Origin: Okamejei kenojei
Lineage: Eukaryota
DNA length: 64,000 bases
Assembly (NCBI GenBank): GCA_035221665.1
Contig: CM069143.1
Coordinates: 46,748,001 to 46,812,000, forward strand
Direction of reading: 5' to 3'
The position numbers were made by a program, and so were the translations under genes. Shown here in pieces: positions 63,001 to 64,000 of this stretch (positions are counted from its first letter, which is position 1; each line of letters opens with the position of its first letter). The notes beneath the pieces are model-generated. The model saw only the letters and a list, made by a program, of their open reading frames with translations. It was not told where the DNA came from and ran no database searches.

Positions 63001-63503
63001 CGACCTCAGCAATGGAACACCACAGATCACCTCTTGCACTACCACAGACCTGTTTTTTTAGTTATGAATTCTTGTAAAAGTCCAAACTAAGCACAGCACA
63101 GGGTAGATTAGAGCACGTCTTCCAGTTTGCACGTGGCCTCACGCTGGCAATAGAAGAGGGCCCAGGCCAGAAAGGAAATGGGAATGAGATCCTCCAGTTT
63201 GCATGTGGCCTCACCCTGGTAATGGAGGCCCAGGACTGCAAGGTTAGTATGTGAATGGGATTCTCCAGTCTATGTGAGGTCGCACTCTGGCAGTGGAGGA
63301 GGCCAGATTCAGAAAGGTCAGTATTCAGGGCTCTCACTTTTTTTCCCTGTTGCCAGCCGAGCAACCTTGACAGCTTTTTAGGTTGCCAAATGAAAGTTTA
63401 GGTGATCATTTAAGATGGTTTGCACGACATGTGCGATAATGTGCTCGGACAAAGTGCGTTGTTACCAGTCGGAATTATGCTCAATGAAGCATTCACATAT
63501 TAT

Positions 63504-63720
63504 GTTCAAGAAGGAACTGCAGATGCTGGAAAATCGAAGGTAGACAAAAGTGCCGGTGAAACTCAACGGGTGCAGCAGCATCGATGGAGCGAAGGCAATA
63601 GGCAACGTTTCAGGCCGAAACCCATCAGTCTGAAGAAGGGTTTCAGCCCGAAACGTTGCCTATTTCCTTCGCTCCATAGATGCTACCGCATCCGCTGAGT
63701 TTCTCCAGCACTTTTGTCTA
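63504..63720. mobile_element. Penelope-derived foldback element with a hammerhead core (63630-63657) and a 14-bp TSD
   Basis: Inverted arms 63540-63623 and 63638-63720. Core CTGAAGA-A-GGGTT-TC-AGCCC-GAAAC-GTT. TSD CATTCACATATTAT at 63490-63503 and 63721-63734. Confidence 0.85.
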
Positions 63721-64000
63721 CATTCACATATTATTTCTGCTTCAAATAACTCAACATATTCACCAATCAAGACATGATATGACAAGACACAATGACCTGA
63801 AGCAAAATTATATTACAATATCTCAACTCTTTTTACACATTGCAATTAATGCAATTTCAAACAAAAATTCCAAACAAAAATGTGCTTGGATTATTCAGCA
63901 TATGATCAACCTGCGTCAATAAATCCTGGACCCTGGTAACATATATGCTTAACCATGCACACTACAGATTGATGCAAGCATGTTTTCTGTGAAGGACCGA

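Noticed and set aside
21238-64000. SHROOM4 PDZ-coding exons
   Set aside because: No GDELV.IN or GSRQEA-like peptide found by eye, including ORFs 21947-22180, 26539-26826, 33492-33767 and 60018-60308. Probably outside the window, but could have been missed.

Overview
Eukaryotic, repeat-rich vertebrate DNA. The repeat repertoire (HE1/V-type SINEs, CR1 with CATAGAAA tails, Penelope-derived foldbacks) points to a cartilaginous fish, probably a skate or ray; this is an inference. The window lies within a minus-strand SHROOM4 ortholog. Four coding exons were reconstructed with canonical, phase-compatible splice sites: 21237-21106, 16833-14418, 2690-2626 and 1276-<1. The PDZ-coding exons were not found and probably lie beyond 64000; the ASD2 exons lie beyond position 1. 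The last exon, missing from the ORF track, carries at least 19 in-frame 16-aa repeats derived from the conserved PPPPN(W/L)EKY motif. The non-exonic sequence holds two TSD-bounded L1 copies (one split by a CR1), a deleted Tc1, Harbinger-type MITEs, Rex/Babar, RTE and CR1 fragments, and V-SINEs. It also holds a nearly full-length defective DIRS1 tyrosine-recombinase retrotransposon (ITRs, ICR and methyltransferase domain) and about a dozen short Penelope-derived elements with minimal hammerhead-ribozyme cores, one of them a foldback with a 14-bp TSD. About 34-38.7 kb looks like low-quality consensus. Family assignments and ortholog comparisons come from motif recognition and recall, not from database searches.
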